This document shows, piece by piece, positions 47,583 to 57,584 of a DNA stretch of 64,000 nucleotides. Numbering within the stretch: position 1 is the stretch's first letter; every line of letters begins with the position of its first letter. Where the stretch lies: the NCBI GenBank assembly GCA_965203965.1, contig CBDBDR010000017.1, positions 448,001-512,000 on the forward strand, given 5' to 3'. A program made the position numbers and the translations under genes. Origin of the DNA: Thermodesulfobacteriota bacterium (GTDB lineage: Bacteria; Desulfobacterota_D; UBA1144; Nemesobacterales; JAJCZQ01). Below the pieces are notes generated by a model that was not told the origin of the DNA, did not search any database, and saw nothing but the letters and a program-made list of their open reading frames with translations.

Positions 47583-48239
47583 TTAGAATTTTTGGATATC
47601 TATAGGGACATTTGGAGAGAATACACTTTCTAAAAGCACGTTTTTATATATCTCGCGTGCTTTTTTATCTTGTCCGAGCTTTTCATAGCTCAAAGCAAGA
47701 TTGAGCTTACCTTGATGCCTGTAAAGACTGCTTGAATCATCTATTTTTGAGAGAAATTTAACCGCATCCTCCCATTTCTGTATATTATAATAAGCAAGTC
47801 CGACTGTGAGATTGGCACTGTCTTCAAGTATCCGTGTGTTAGGAGAACTGCTCAGGTATCTCAACATATCATGGATACTTTTTTCATACTGCTCCGATTC
47901 GTAGTGTATTGTCCCAGAATAATACATGGCGAGCTTGGCAGCCTGCTGGTTTGGGTATTCTGATATTATATTTGAAAAACTCCCCAATGCTTCTTTAGCA
48001 TTGCCATTATTGTAAAACTCAAGTGCTTTTCCAAGTTCAACTCCAGCTTTTTCACTAAGATTGTCTTGATAAGAGGTAAATGTAAGAACAACAAGCAAAA
48101 CTACCACAGCGATAGAGAAAATATATAGTATTTTGCTAAAATTTTCTTCAGCCTTATTCACGACTTTAATAATAAAAGCCCTGAATTTATCCGGCTGCTT
48201 CAACTCTTTTTGGGTATATTGTATCTTTTGTGATGACAT
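47583..48239 (-). CDS. Membrane-anchored TPR protein (YfgM-like)
   Basis: KELKQPDKF N-terminus, one TM helix, TPR repeats. Confidence 0.75.
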   Translation of the reverse strand: MSSQKIQYTQKELKQPDKFRAFIIKVVNKAEENFSKILYIFSIAVVVLLVVLTFTSYQDNLSEKAGVELGKALEFYNNGNAKEALGSFSNIISEYPNQQAAKLAMYYSGTIHYESEQYEKSIHDMLRYLSSSPNTRILEDSANLTVGLAYYNIQKWEDAVKFLSKIDDSSSLYRHQGKLNLALSYEKLGQDKKAREIYKNVLLESVFSPNVPIDIQKF

Positions 48240-48375
48240 TGTGGAAAAACTATAAATAAGCAGACAAGTTATTCAAGAGATTAAGCAGTGAATCGTGAAT
48301 GAAAAATCTCAACAACCCATATTGATCTAACTACTTGAGTAGAGTTACTGAAACATATAAGGTATAGTTTACTAA

Positions 48376-49755
48376 GTGATGTATCCAAGCATAGTGAGTT
48401 TTTTGACCTTGATTCTTATTTTTTTTTATGGAATTTCACAAGCGCAGGATGTATCCATTCCAGAGAAAAGTGTTGTCGGAAAAGTCATAACCGTTGAGAT
48501 AAACGGCACCATAAACCCTTCCACGACAGACTACATAAGAGCAGGTATTCATAAAGCCAAAGAAAGCGGATCTGAGGCGCTGCTCATCCTGCTTGATACT
48601 CCCGGTGGTCTGCTTAATTCAACAAAGGATATAGTTAAATTACTGCTTAATTCAGACGTTCCGGTCATTGTATATGTTTATCCAAAAGGCGCTACAGCCA
48701 CGTCTGCAGGCGTTTTTATCACACTGGCAGGTAACATTGCAGCCATGGCTCCTGGGACAAGTATCGGAGCGGCTCATCCTGTAAGTATAGGGAGAGAAAA
48801 CAATCGACCTGTGAAAAACCCTTTTGAAGAAAAAGAAAACGAGGAGAAAGACAAAGAGAATAAAACGTCCAAGGATATTATGGGTGAGAAGATAGAGAAC
48901 TTTGCAATCTCTTTTATACAGAGCATTGCCGAGGAAAGAGGAAGAAACGTTAAGTGGGCAATAGAATCTGTGAAAAACAGTGATTCCATAACTGCAAAAG
49001 AGGCATTAGAGAACAACGTAATAGATATTATATCCCCTGATATTCCTTCATTATTAAAAAGTATCAACGGGAAAAAAGTAAAAATTGGCAGTAAAGAGAT
49101 TGCACTGGTTACAAACGGTGCAAAGCAGGAAAAACTTGAAATGAGCTTGAAACAAAAAATTATCAACGTTTTGAGTACGCCAGACATAGCATTTTTACTT
49201 CTATCTCTCGGTTCTCTCGGAATAATTATTGAGTTTTACAATCCCGGCACAATACTTCCTGGTGTTGCCGGTTTGATCTCTTTGATAATCGGATTTGTTT
49301 CACTTCAAATACTACCTTTTAACTATGCGGGTTTGGCACTGCTCTTTATTGGTTTGGCGTTGTTTGCCGCTGAAGTTTACATTACTAGTTACGGACTTCT
49401 GAGCCTTGCGGGATTGGTGAGCTTTATTTTTGGAAGTTTACTGCTGTTTGATACGGATGAATCAAATCTTAGGGTTGGTATCAGTGTAATAATAGCAACG
49501 TCTTTCGCTCTGGGTCTGTTTTTATTACTCATAATTTACTCTATATCCGGAACCTTCAAACTCCGAACAATGAGCGGTTCTGAAGGGTTGCTTGATCAGC
49601 ATGGTGAAGTAGTCGACTGGGAAGGGAAAATTGGCAAAGTATTTATAAATGGTGAATACTGGAACGCACATAGCGATGACTCACTGAATAAAGGAGATAA
49701 GGTAAAAGTTGTTGAAAGTGAAGGAAACTTGGATATAAAAATATCTAAAATATAA
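48376..49755 (+). CDS. nfeD: NfeD-family membrane-bound serine protease (long form)
   Basis: LDTPGG, SAG, AMAPGTSIGAAHPV, GEYWNA OB domain. Confidence 0.9.
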   Translation: MMYPSIVSFLTLILIFFYGISQAQDVSIPEKSVVGKVITVEINGTINPSTTDYIRAGIHKAKESGSEALLILLDTPGGLLNSTKDIVKLLLNSDVPVIVYVYPKGATATSAGVFITLAGNIAAMAPGTSIGAAHPVSIGRENNRPVKNPFEEKENEEKDKENKTSKDIMGEKIENFAISFIQSIAEERGRNVKWAIESVKNSDSITAKEALENNVIDIISPDIPSLLKSINGKKVKIGSKEIALVTNGAKQEKLEMSLKQKIINVLSTPDIAFLLLSLGSLGIIIEFYNPGTILPGVAGLISLIIGFVSLQILPFNYAGLALLFIGLALFAAEVYITSYGLLSLAGLVSFIFGSLLLFDTDESNLRVGISVIIATSFALGLFLLLIIYSISGTFKLRTMSGSEGLLDQHGEVVDWEGKIGKVFINGEYWNAHSDDSLNKGDKVKVVESEGNLDIKISKI

Positions 49756-49771
49756 AACTCGGAGGCAATAA

Positions 49772-50545
49772 ATGGGGACACCCGCAATTGTTTTTATACT
49801 GATTATTGGACTAATAGTTTTTTCGGGCATTAGAGTGCTGTATGAATATGAAAGAGGGGTTATATTCAGACTCGGAAGATTAGCCGGGACAAAGGGACCG
49901 GGATTTAAATGGATCATTCCGGGTATAGATAAGATGTTGAAGATAAGCCTACGAGTAATTACAATGGACGTGCCTCCTCAGGATGTAATTACAAAAGATA
50001 ATGTATCGGTAAAAGTAAATGCAGTTGTTTATTTCAGAGTGATGGAGCCGGAAAAAGCAGTTGTACAAGTAGAAAATTATCTTTATGCAACATCTCAATT
50101 AGCACAAACAACTCTGAGAAGCGTGTTGGGTCAGGTTGAACTTGACGAACTGTTGGCAGAGAGAGAAACACTGAACCTGAAACTTCAGGACGTTCTTGAC
50201 AAACAGACGGATGCATGGGGAATTAAGGTTACTCTTGTAGAGGTAAAATATGTTGATCTGCCTCAGGAAATGCAGAGAGCAATGGCTCGTCAGGCAGAAG
50301 CAGAGAGAGAAAGAAGAGCAAAGGTTATAGCTGCTGAGGGTGAATATCAGGCATCAACAAAGCTCTCAGAGGCTTCCAATATTTTGTCTCGGAATCCTAT
50401 GGCACTTCAACTGCGATATTTACAAACAATGATAGAAATGTCCTCGGAAAAAAGCTCAACGATCGTCCTTCCGCTTCCAATAGATCTTCTGACGCCGTTT
50501 TTGGGTCTAAATAAGAACACCGGTGAAAAAGGACAAAACAGCTAA
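49772..50545 (+). CDS. Slipin / SPFH (band 7) protein
   Basis: [36 protein letters not shown]. Confidence 0.92.
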   Translation: MGTPAIVFILIIGLIVFSGIRVLYEYERGVIFRLGRLAGTKGPGFKWIIPGIDKMLKISLRVITMDVPPQDVITKDNVSVKVNAVVYFRVMEPEKAVVQVENYLYATSQLAQTTLRSVLGQVELDELLAERETLNLKLQDVLDKQTDAWGIKVTLVEVKYVDLPQEMQRAMARQAEAERERRAKVIAAEGEYQASTKLSEASNILSRNPMALQLRYLQTMIEMSSEKSSTIVLPLPIDLLTPFLGLNKNTGEKGQNS

Positions 50546-50604
50546 TCAATCCGTGTGTAAATAGGTGTTCAGCAGGCTATAAAATTTTTTGAAAGGAAAG
50601 GTGT

Positions 50605-52446
50605 ATAGCAACGAGTAATATAATAAGGCTCTTTTTAATCTTTATTTGCCTCTTTGCCATTTCGTGTACAAGATCTGAGGCTCAGAGTGAAGATACAAGT
50701 AACAAAGAAACATCCGGTGGGTGGTTAATCTACCATCTGTCGTCCGAACCTGCAACTTTGAACCCAATAACCGCTACGGATATTTATGAGTCAATAATAA
50801 ACCGTAACATTTATGAAACTCTTACAAAAAGAGATAATAAGACTCTTGATCTCAAACCTCTTCTTGCAGAATCTTGGGAAATATCTGCTGATAAGCTGAG
50901 ATACAAATTTAAATTAAAGTCAAATATTAAATGGCAAGACGGAATACCGTTCACTTCCAAGGACGTTGTCTTTTCATATAAATCTATAATAAATCCAAGT
51001 GTTGACGCACCACATCTAAGAAACTACTATAAAGACATAATTGACGTAAAAGCCATCAACGACCATACGGTTGAGTTTATTTATTCCAAGCCTTATTTCC
51101 TCGCTCTTGAGTTTTGTGGGGGAATGCCCATAGTTCCAAGCCACCTGTTTAACAAGAAAGATATAACCCTTCCTGAGATCGGTGAAGGAATAAAGCAAGC
51201 CTCAGTTATAAGCGTCTTTATATCTCATGGAGACTCAATACAAAAGGAACAGCCGGTAATAGAAATAGAGACAGACAAGGCTGCTATTGAACTTCCATCC
51301 CCCTATGATGGAACAGTCAGTGAGGTGGCTGTAAAAGTAGGTGATACCATAGGTATTGGGCAACTCATAGCAAAAGTTAATAAAGATTTCAATAAAAATC
51401 CCAATGGGAGAAAACCCATTGGCACCGGCCCGTACAAATTTTCAAAGTGGAATACAGGTAGTGAAGTGGTGCTTGAAAGAAATGAAAATTACTGGGGAGA
51501 AAAACCGAAACTGCAAAAAATTGTTTTTAAGATAATAAACGACAGGACAGTGGCTTTCCAAGTTTTAAAAAGAGGTGATCTGGACTATTACGGACTTACC
51601 CCGATCCAGTGGGACAGACAAAGCAATACCAGGTCATTTAAAGAAAAATTCAATAAATACAGATATTTCAGACCCAACTATAGCTTTATTGGCTGGAATA
51701 TGAACAAACCTTACTTCAAAGATAAAAAAGTCAGAACCGCAATGACTCACCTGCTGGATAGGGAGCTTATACTGAACAAAATACTTCTTGGTCTGGGCGC
51801 AATCATCACCAATCCTTTCTACATAAACAGCCCAGAATATGATAAGTCCATTCAGCACTTAAATTTTGATCCTGAAAAAGCACGGAAATTACTGGACGAA
51901 GCAGGTTGGATAGACCATGATAATGACGGTGTGAGGGATAGGAATGGGGTTAAGTTTGAATTTGAATTTCTTTTACCTAGTGGTTCAGAAACCGGCGAGA
52001 AAATAGCAACAATATTAAAGGAAGAACTTGATAAAACCGGCATAGTTATGAAAATACGCAAAACGGAGTGGGCAGTGTTCACCACAAGGTTGAATGAGCG
52101 AAGATTTGATGCTGTAACGCTTGGTTGGAGCATGGGCGTTGAGTCCGACCCATACCAGATATGGAGCTCAACCCAAGCTGAGAGTGGCTCCAATTTTATC
52201 GGATTCAAAAATAAAAAAGCCGATGAATTAATCAGCAAAGCAAGGCGGGAGTTTGACAGGAAGAAAAGGATTGATCTATACCAGAAATTCGCCAAAATAG
52301 TTCACAAAGAACAACCATACACCTTTCTTTTCTGTAGTGAGTCAACGGTTGCTGTAAACAACAGGTTCAAAAACGTAACAGTCTATCCTCTGGGACTTGA
52401 TCCAGTTGAGTGGTATATCCCAAAATCACTTCAGAAATACTATTAG
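50605..52446 (+). CDS. Peptide ABC transporter substrate-binding lipoprotein (family 5) with an inserted lipoyl domain
   Basis: EPATLNP, PIGTGPY, ERNENYWG; in-frame signal peptide/lipobox (FAISC) upstream of the track start 50758; ETDKA lipoyl domain at 51154-51378; start codon uncertain (ATA 50605). Confidence 0.85.
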   Translation: MATSNIIRLFLIFICLFAISCTRSEAQSEDTSNKETSGGWLIYHLSSEPATLNPITATDIYESIINRNIYETLTKRDNKTLDLKPLLAESWEISADKLRYKFKLKSNIKWQDGIPFTSKDVVFSYKSIINPSVDAPHLRNYYKDIIDVKAINDHTVEFIYSKPYFLALEFCGGMPIVPSHLFNKKDITLPEIGEGIKQASVISVFISHGDSIQKEQPVIEIETDKAAIELPSPYDGTVSEVAVKVGDTIGIGQLIAKVNKDFNKNPNGRKPIGTGPYKFSKWNTGSEVVLERNENYWGEKPKLQKIVFKIINDRTVAFQVLKRGDLDYYGLTPIQWDRQSNTRSFKEKFNKYRYFRPNYSFIGWNMNKPYFKDKKVRTAMTHLLDRELILNKILLGLGAIITNPFYINSPEYDKSIQHLNFDPEKARKLLDEAGWIDHDNDGVRDRNGVKFEFEFLLPSGSETGEKIATILKEELDKTGIVMKIRKTEWAVFTTRLNERRFDAVTLGWSMGVESDPYQIWSSTQAESGSNFIGFKNKKADELISKARREFDRKKRIDLYQKFAKIVHKEQPYTFLFCSESTVAVNNRFKNVTVYPLGLDPVEWYIPKSLQKYY

Positions 52447-52800
52447 AAAGTTTGTTGGAGCATCCAGAACCTGTAGTCTCGCCATTTAGAAAACGGTAAA
52501 TCTGACTTTAATATCCCTCAACAGCTCACTATCACACCCGATCCGCATGCCATCAATGAAAATCCCACGTTATAGTAGGATAATTGTTTGTAGGTTCCAA
52601 TACTTATCATCCCCTCGACACAAGGTTGATATGATCGTCATAATACAATCTAATCTATAAAACTTATCGCATAGAGTAAATATGATATATTATAGAGTTC
52701 AAAGTTTGTTCTGTCTCATTTACACTTACAGTTCACCTCAACAAGTTAGTTTAAATATGAATATGAAATGATAATTATTCTTCAATAATTACAATAAGTT

Positions 52801-53793
52801 ATGAAAGACTATTTAATTAAAAGGTTTATCTTATTGATTCCAACGATTCTCGGAATAACCATCATAACGTTTTGTATAATCCAACTTGCTCCCGGTAGTC
52901 CCATCCAGCAGAAACTAGGAATTGATGAAGGAATTAAAGCTGAGTCCATCACAAAGGACATAATAGAGCAGACAAAAAAATTGTATGGTTTGGATAAACC
53001 CATACACGAAAGATATATCATCTGGCTGAAACAAATCATAACATTGGATTTTGGCAATTCATACAAAGACCACAGACCTGTTATTGATAAGATTGCCGAA
53101 AGGCTTCCTGTTACGCTGGTTTTAAACTTTCTTTCGATTTTTTTTATATACATTATTTCAATACCACTGGGTGTCTATTCCGCAGTCAGGCAAGGGACGG
53201 TAACAGAAAGGCTGACGACATTCTTGCTGTTTATACTTTATTCAATCCCCAGTTTCTGGATGGCAATGATACTGATATTCTTTCTAGGTGGTGGGGAGTT
53301 TTGGAACGTTTTCCCGGTTTACGGTATTTCTTCACAAGGAGCTGAAAATTACAGTTTTGCAGGGAGAGTGCTGGATTTCCTTTGGCACATTATACTCCCG
53401 GTCTTTTGTCTGACTTATGCAGGACTCGCATCGCTTTCACGATTTCAGAAGGGAAGTCTGCTTGAAGTGCTTAGAGAAGACTATATAAGAACTGCAAAGA
53501 GCAAGGGACTTGATGAGAGAAAAATTCTATTTAAGCACGCTTTGAGAAATTCCCTGATACCCATTATTACAATTTTGAGTGCAATACTTCCTGCACTTAT
53601 AGGGGGTAGCGTCATTATTGAGACAATGTTTTCTATTCCCGGTATAGGCAGGCTAGGTTTTGAAGCCATATTGTCTCGTGATTATCCCGTTATAATGGCA
53701 ATTGCGACAATTTCAGCTTTCCTGACCCTTTTGGGAATACTGATCTCAGATATAGCCTATGTGTTTGTTGACCCGAGAATAAGTTTTGATTAA
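52801..53793 (+). CDS. Peptide ABC transporter permease (OppB/DppB-like)
   Basis: LDFGNSY, DYIRTAKSKG, HALRNSLIP, RDYPVI. Confidence 0.9.
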   Translation: MKDYLIKRFILLIPTILGITIITFCIIQLAPGSPIQQKLGIDEGIKAESITKDIIEQTKKLYGLDKPIHERYIIWLKQIITLDFGNSYKDHRPVIDKIAERLPVTLVLNFLSIFFIYIISIPLGVYSAVRQGTVTERLTTFLLFILYSIPSFWMAMILIFFLGGGEFWNVFPVYGISSQGAENYSFAGRVLDFLWHIILPVFCLTYAGLASLSRFQKGSLLEVLREDYIRTAKSKGLDERKILFKHALRNSLIPIITILSAILPALIGGSVIIETMFSIPGIGRLGFEAILSRDYPVIMAIATISAFLTLLGILISDIAYVFVDPRISFD

Positions 53794-53801
53794 AAAACGC
53801 C

Positions 53802-54797
53802 ATGAATAATGAAAGTTCAGGATACTGGAAAACAGTCTGGAGAGAGTTCAAAAAGGACAGAATGGCTTTGGCTGCTCTGGTTTTCATTGCTTTACTGGGA
53901 TTTATTGCAGTTTTTCAGGATTTTATTGCGGGCAACAAACCGATCCTGCTCATAGAAAACGGGAAGTTTTACACCCCTGCCGTATTAAATTATCCTGAAA
54001 TAAGCAGCTTTGGATCTAAAGAAGCATACATGGGGAAAAAAGATACATTTACAATATTTCCACCTTTCGCACATAGCCCAACTGAGAATGACCTTCATGC
54101 CATATTGGAAGCACCATCTATAAAACATCCGTTCGGGACGGATGACAGGGGCAGAGACGTGCTGAGTAGGATGATCTACGGAACAAGGGTTTCTCTTTCA
54201 ATCGGTTTTATAGCAGTGGGAATATCCACGTTGATCGGGATAATTCTGGGTGCGACAGCCGGTTATTATGGTGGAACAACAGATTTTATCATATCAAGAT
54301 TATTTGAAATAATGATCACGTTTCCCGTCTTTTTTCTGATACTTACAATTCTTGCATTCAGCAACCCGAGTATATACAACATTATGATAGTAATTGGTCT
54401 TACAAGCTGGACCGGGATAGCAAGACTTGTCAGAGGTGAATTCCTGAAATTCAGAAATTTTGCATTTGTGGAAGGAGCAAGAGCACTTGGTGGTAGCAAC
54501 CTGAGAATAATATTCAGGCACATAATGCCAAATTCCCTTGCCCCAGTTCTTGTAAGTGCCACATTTGGGATTGCCGGTGCAATTTTGGTTGAATCATCAC
54601 TCAGTTTTCTGGGATTTGGTGTGCCTCCACCCGAACCGAGTTGGGGAGATACGCTTTCACAGTCCCAAAAGTATGTTGATTTTGCATGGTGGCTTGTATT
54701 GTTTCCCGGTCTGTTGATATTCTTAACGATCACTTCACTGAATCTTGTAGGAGAAGGTTTTCGTAACGCAGTTGATCCAAAATTAAAGGACGTTTAA
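53802..54797 (+). CDS. Peptide ABC transporter permease (OppC/DppC-like)
   Basis: HPFGTDDRGRD, ARLVRGE, LSFLGFG, PSWG. Confidence 0.9.
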   Translation: MNNESSGYWKTVWREFKKDRMALAALVFIALLGFIAVFQDFIAGNKPILLIENGKFYTPAVLNYPEISSFGSKEAYMGKKDTFTIFPPFAHSPTENDLHAILEAPSIKHPFGTDDRGRDVLSRMIYGTRVSLSIGFIAVGISTLIGIILGATAGYYGGTTDFIISRLFEIMITFPVFFLILTILAFSNPSIYNIMIVIGLTSWTGIARLVRGEFLKFRNFAFVEGARALGGSNLRIIFRHIMPNSLAPVLVSATFGIAGAILVESSLSFLGFGVPPPEPSWGDTLSQSQKYVDFAWWLVLFPGLLIFLTITSLNLVGEGFRNAVDPKLKDV

Positions 54798-55780
54798 TGA
54801 ATTTAGAAAACGTATTAGAGATCAAGAATTTAAGTATAAGTTTTGCGGACAACAAGCAGAGATATGAGGTGGTAAGCAATGTCTCTTTGAACGTTCCTAA
54901 AGGGAAGATCGTATGTGTAGTTGGTGAAAGTGGCTGTGGAAAAACGGTAACCGCTCTTTCCATAATGGGACTACTTCCAATACCACCTGGGAACGTTGAT
55001 AATGGAAAGATATTTTTTGACGGCACAAACCTGCTTGAACTGTCTGAAAAAGAGCTTAGAAGCTACAGGGGAAACAGGTTATCAATGATATTTCAGGAGC
55101 CGATAAGTTCGTTTAACCCCGTTTTTACCATTGGAGATCAGATAGGAGAAGCATTAAGGATACACAGGTCCTTATCAAAGAATGAAGAAAAGGAAAAGGT
55201 GATTGAGTTGATGAAGACCGTCGGCATACCTGCCCCGGAAACAAGGATAAACAGCTATCCGCACGAATTAAGTGGAGGTATGTGTCAAAGAGCAATGATC
55301 GCTATGGCACTTTCATGTGATCCGGAGCTTTTGATAGCCGACGAACCAACTACTGCACTGGACGTAACTATTCAAGCGGAAATACTACGGCTGATTCTTG
55401 AATTGAGAGACAGGACAAAAATGGCAGTCTTGCTGATAACGCATGATCTTGGCATAGTGTCTGAAGTTGCCGATGAGGTGTATGTATTTTATGCGGGAAA
55501 AGTAGTTGAGAAAGGAACAAGAGATATGGTGTTTAATAAACCTTTACATCCATATACGGCTGGGCTTATGAGATCAATACCTTCTCTCAGTGAAAAAACT
55601 GAAAGTCTGCATACAATTCCGGGTTATATACCGTCTCCGAAAAATTTCCCAGTTTCCTGCAGATTTCAGGACAGATGTGAGTATGTCTTTGACAGATGCA
55701 GGGAAAAAGAACCTGGACTCGAAAAATTTGATGGCTCGCACTTTTCAGCATGCTACAGATCGGGTGAAATTTCAAAATAG
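54797..55780 (+). CDS. Peptide ABC transporter ATPase (OppD/DppD-like)
   Basis: GESGCGKT, LSGGMCQR, ADEPTTALD. Confidence 0.92.
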   Translation: MNLENVLEIKNLSISFADNKQRYEVVSNVSLNVPKGKIVCVVGESGCGKTVTALSIMGLLPIPPGNVDNGKIFFDGTNLLELSEKELRSYRGNRLSMIFQEPISSFNPVFTIGDQIGEALRIHRSLSKNEEKEKVIELMKTVGIPAPETRINSYPHELSGGMCQRAMIAMALSCDPELLIADEPTTALDVTIQAEILRLILELRDRTKMAVLLITHDLGIVSEVADEVYVFYAGKVVEKGTRDMVFNKPLHPYTAGLMRSIPSLSEKTESLHTIPGYIPSPKNFPVSCRFQDRCEYVFDRCREKEPGLEKFDGSHFSACYRSGEISK

Positions 55781-55786
55781 TAAATA

Positions 55787-56755
55787 ATGAGCTTAGTTGA
55801 GATAAAAAATCTGAAGAAGCATTTCCCGGTAAAAAGTGGTCTATTTGCCAGAATAATCGATCACGTTAAAGCCGTTGATGGTATTGATTTGAATATAGAA
55901 AGAGGATCTACGCTTGGACTAGTTGGTGAAAGTGGTTGTGGAAAATCAACTCTTGGAAAGACAATAATAAGGCTTCTTGAACCAACTGACGGTCAGATAA
56001 TATTTGATGGCAGAGACATCACAAGGTTAAACACCTCTGCTTTAAGGCATATCAGAAAAAATATGCAGATGATATTCCAGAACCCCTATGGCTCTCTCAA
56101 TCCTAGAATGAACGTGAAAAGTCTTATTACCGAGGGTGTGGATATACACAACTTATACAGTAAGTCGGAAAGGGCAAGCATAGCAAGTGATCTACTAAAT
56201 AAGGTCGGTTTAGTAAACAGTTCTATGGACAAGTATCCACACGAGTTCAGTGGAGGACAAAGACAGAGAATAGCTATTGCTAGAGCACTTGCAGTGCAAC
56301 CTTCTTTTCTTATTTGTGATGAACCGATTTCTGCTCTCGATGTGTCAGTTCAGGCACAAATAATCAATTTGCTATCATCCCTTCAGCAAGAATTTAATTT
56401 AACCTATCTATTTATCTCACATGATCTCAGGGTTGTAAAACACATAAGCAACAAAGTGGCAGTGATGTATCTGGGTAAGATAGTGGAAATTGCAAGTAGT
56501 GAGGAAACTTACTCAAATCCACTTCACCCTTATACAAAGGTACTTATTTCTGCTATTCCCGATATAAAAAAGAAGAGCAAAAATACCGATAGAAAATACT
56601 CATTTATAACTGGGGAAGTTCCAAATCCGATCAATCCACCGATAGGATGCAGCTTTCACCCAAGGTGTCCAATAGCAGAAGAAAAATGTAAAACCACTGA
56701 ACCTAAACTGATTGATCACGGACAAGACCATAAGGTAGCGTGTCATTTGGTTTAA
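55787..56755 (+). CDS. Peptide ABC transporter ATPase (OppF/DppF-like)
   Basis: GESGCGKS, FSGGQRQR, CDEPISALD, GCSFHPRC. Confidence 0.92.
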   Translation: MSLVEIKNLKKHFPVKSGLFARIIDHVKAVDGIDLNIERGSTLGLVGESGCGKSTLGKTIIRLLEPTDGQIIFDGRDITRLNTSALRHIRKNMQMIFQNPYGSLNPRMNVKSLITEGVDIHNLYSKSERASIASDLLNKVGLVNSSMDKYPHEFSGGQRQRIAIARALAVQPSFLICDEPISALDVSVQAQIINLLSSLQQEFNLTYLFISHDLRVVKHISNKVAVMYLGKIVEIASSEETYSNPLHPYTKVLISAIPDIKKKSKNTDRKYSFITGEVPNPINPPIGCSFHPRCPIAEEKCKTTEPKLIDHGQDHKVACHLV

Positions 56756-56819
56756 TATCTTGTAAATATAGTTGCAATGTATTACATTAAGAAATTTCAA
56801 GTGCTTAAGTTGTAATAGA

Positions 56820-57335
56820 ATGCTAATAAAAACTGATAACATAACTGAAAGCGGGTTGGAGATAAAGAGTTGCCAAAGTGCCAAGTGGGTTACTAACATT
56901 CCTGAAATATTTAATGGAACCCGGGAACTGAGTTTAAATAAAAATATTGAGATCGATTGTAAAGCAACAAAGGTATTAAAAGAGATAAACGTAAACGGGT
57001 TAATACGATTTGGAATAAAGACTTTTTGTCACAAGTGCCTGAAAGAGGTTAAATTGGATTTGCAAGCTGACGTAAACATGACTTTAACACCAAAAAATGA
57101 GAGCGAGGATCATCAGGCTGACATTGACTATGAATTCTATGGAGGAAAATCAATAGACCTGTCAGGATATTTCAGGGAGCAAATTGCAATGAATATACCA
57201 TACAGGGTAATTTGCAAAGAGGTATGTAAAGGTTTATGTTCTAAGTGTGGGGCAGATCTTAACGTTGAAGAATGTGAATGTAAAAGAGACTTGGAAAAAT
57301 CTACGTTTGCAGTGTTGAAAAATATTAAAATTTGA
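56820..57335 (+). CDS. yceD: YceD/DUF177 protein
   Basis: CHKCL and CKEVCKGLCSKCGADLN; directly upstream of rpmF. Confidence 0.85.
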   Translation: MLIKTDNITESGLEIKSCQSAKWVTNIPEIFNGTRELSLNKNIEIDCKATKVLKEINVNGLIRFGIKTFCHKCLKEVKLDLQADVNMTLTPKNESEDHQADIDYEFYGGKSIDLSGYFREQIAMNIPYRVICKEVCKGLCSKCGADLNVEECECKRDLEKSTFAVLKNIKI

Positions 57336-57362
57336 TAATAATTTGTAGGAGAAACAACAACA

Positions 57363-57566
57363 ATGGCACTACCAAAAAGAAAGAAATCAAGATCAAAATC
57401 GAGAAAGAGACGAACTCACTACAAGGCAATCATACCCGGGCAATCCTTGTGTCCAAACTGTGGTGAGGTAAAACCTCCTCACAGAGCATGCCCAGATTGT
57501 AGTTTTTACAAAGGCAGGACTTACACAAAAGAACAGGAAGAGATTGTAGAAGAAACCCCTGAATAA
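57363..57566 (+). CDS. rpmF: 50S ribosomal protein L32 (Zn-binding form)
   Basis: MALPKRKKSRS, CPNC...HRACPDC. Confidence 0.95.
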   Translation: MALPKRKKSRSKSRKRRTHYKAIIPGQSLCPNCGEVKPPHRACPDCSFYKGRTYTKEQEEIVEETPE

Positions 57567-57584
57567 GGGCAGGTTTAAGATAAG

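Noticed and set aside
52447..52800. Possible gene remnant or sRNA between the SBP and permease genes
   Set aside because: Only short stop-interrupted frames and no convincing structure; cannot be supported without searches.
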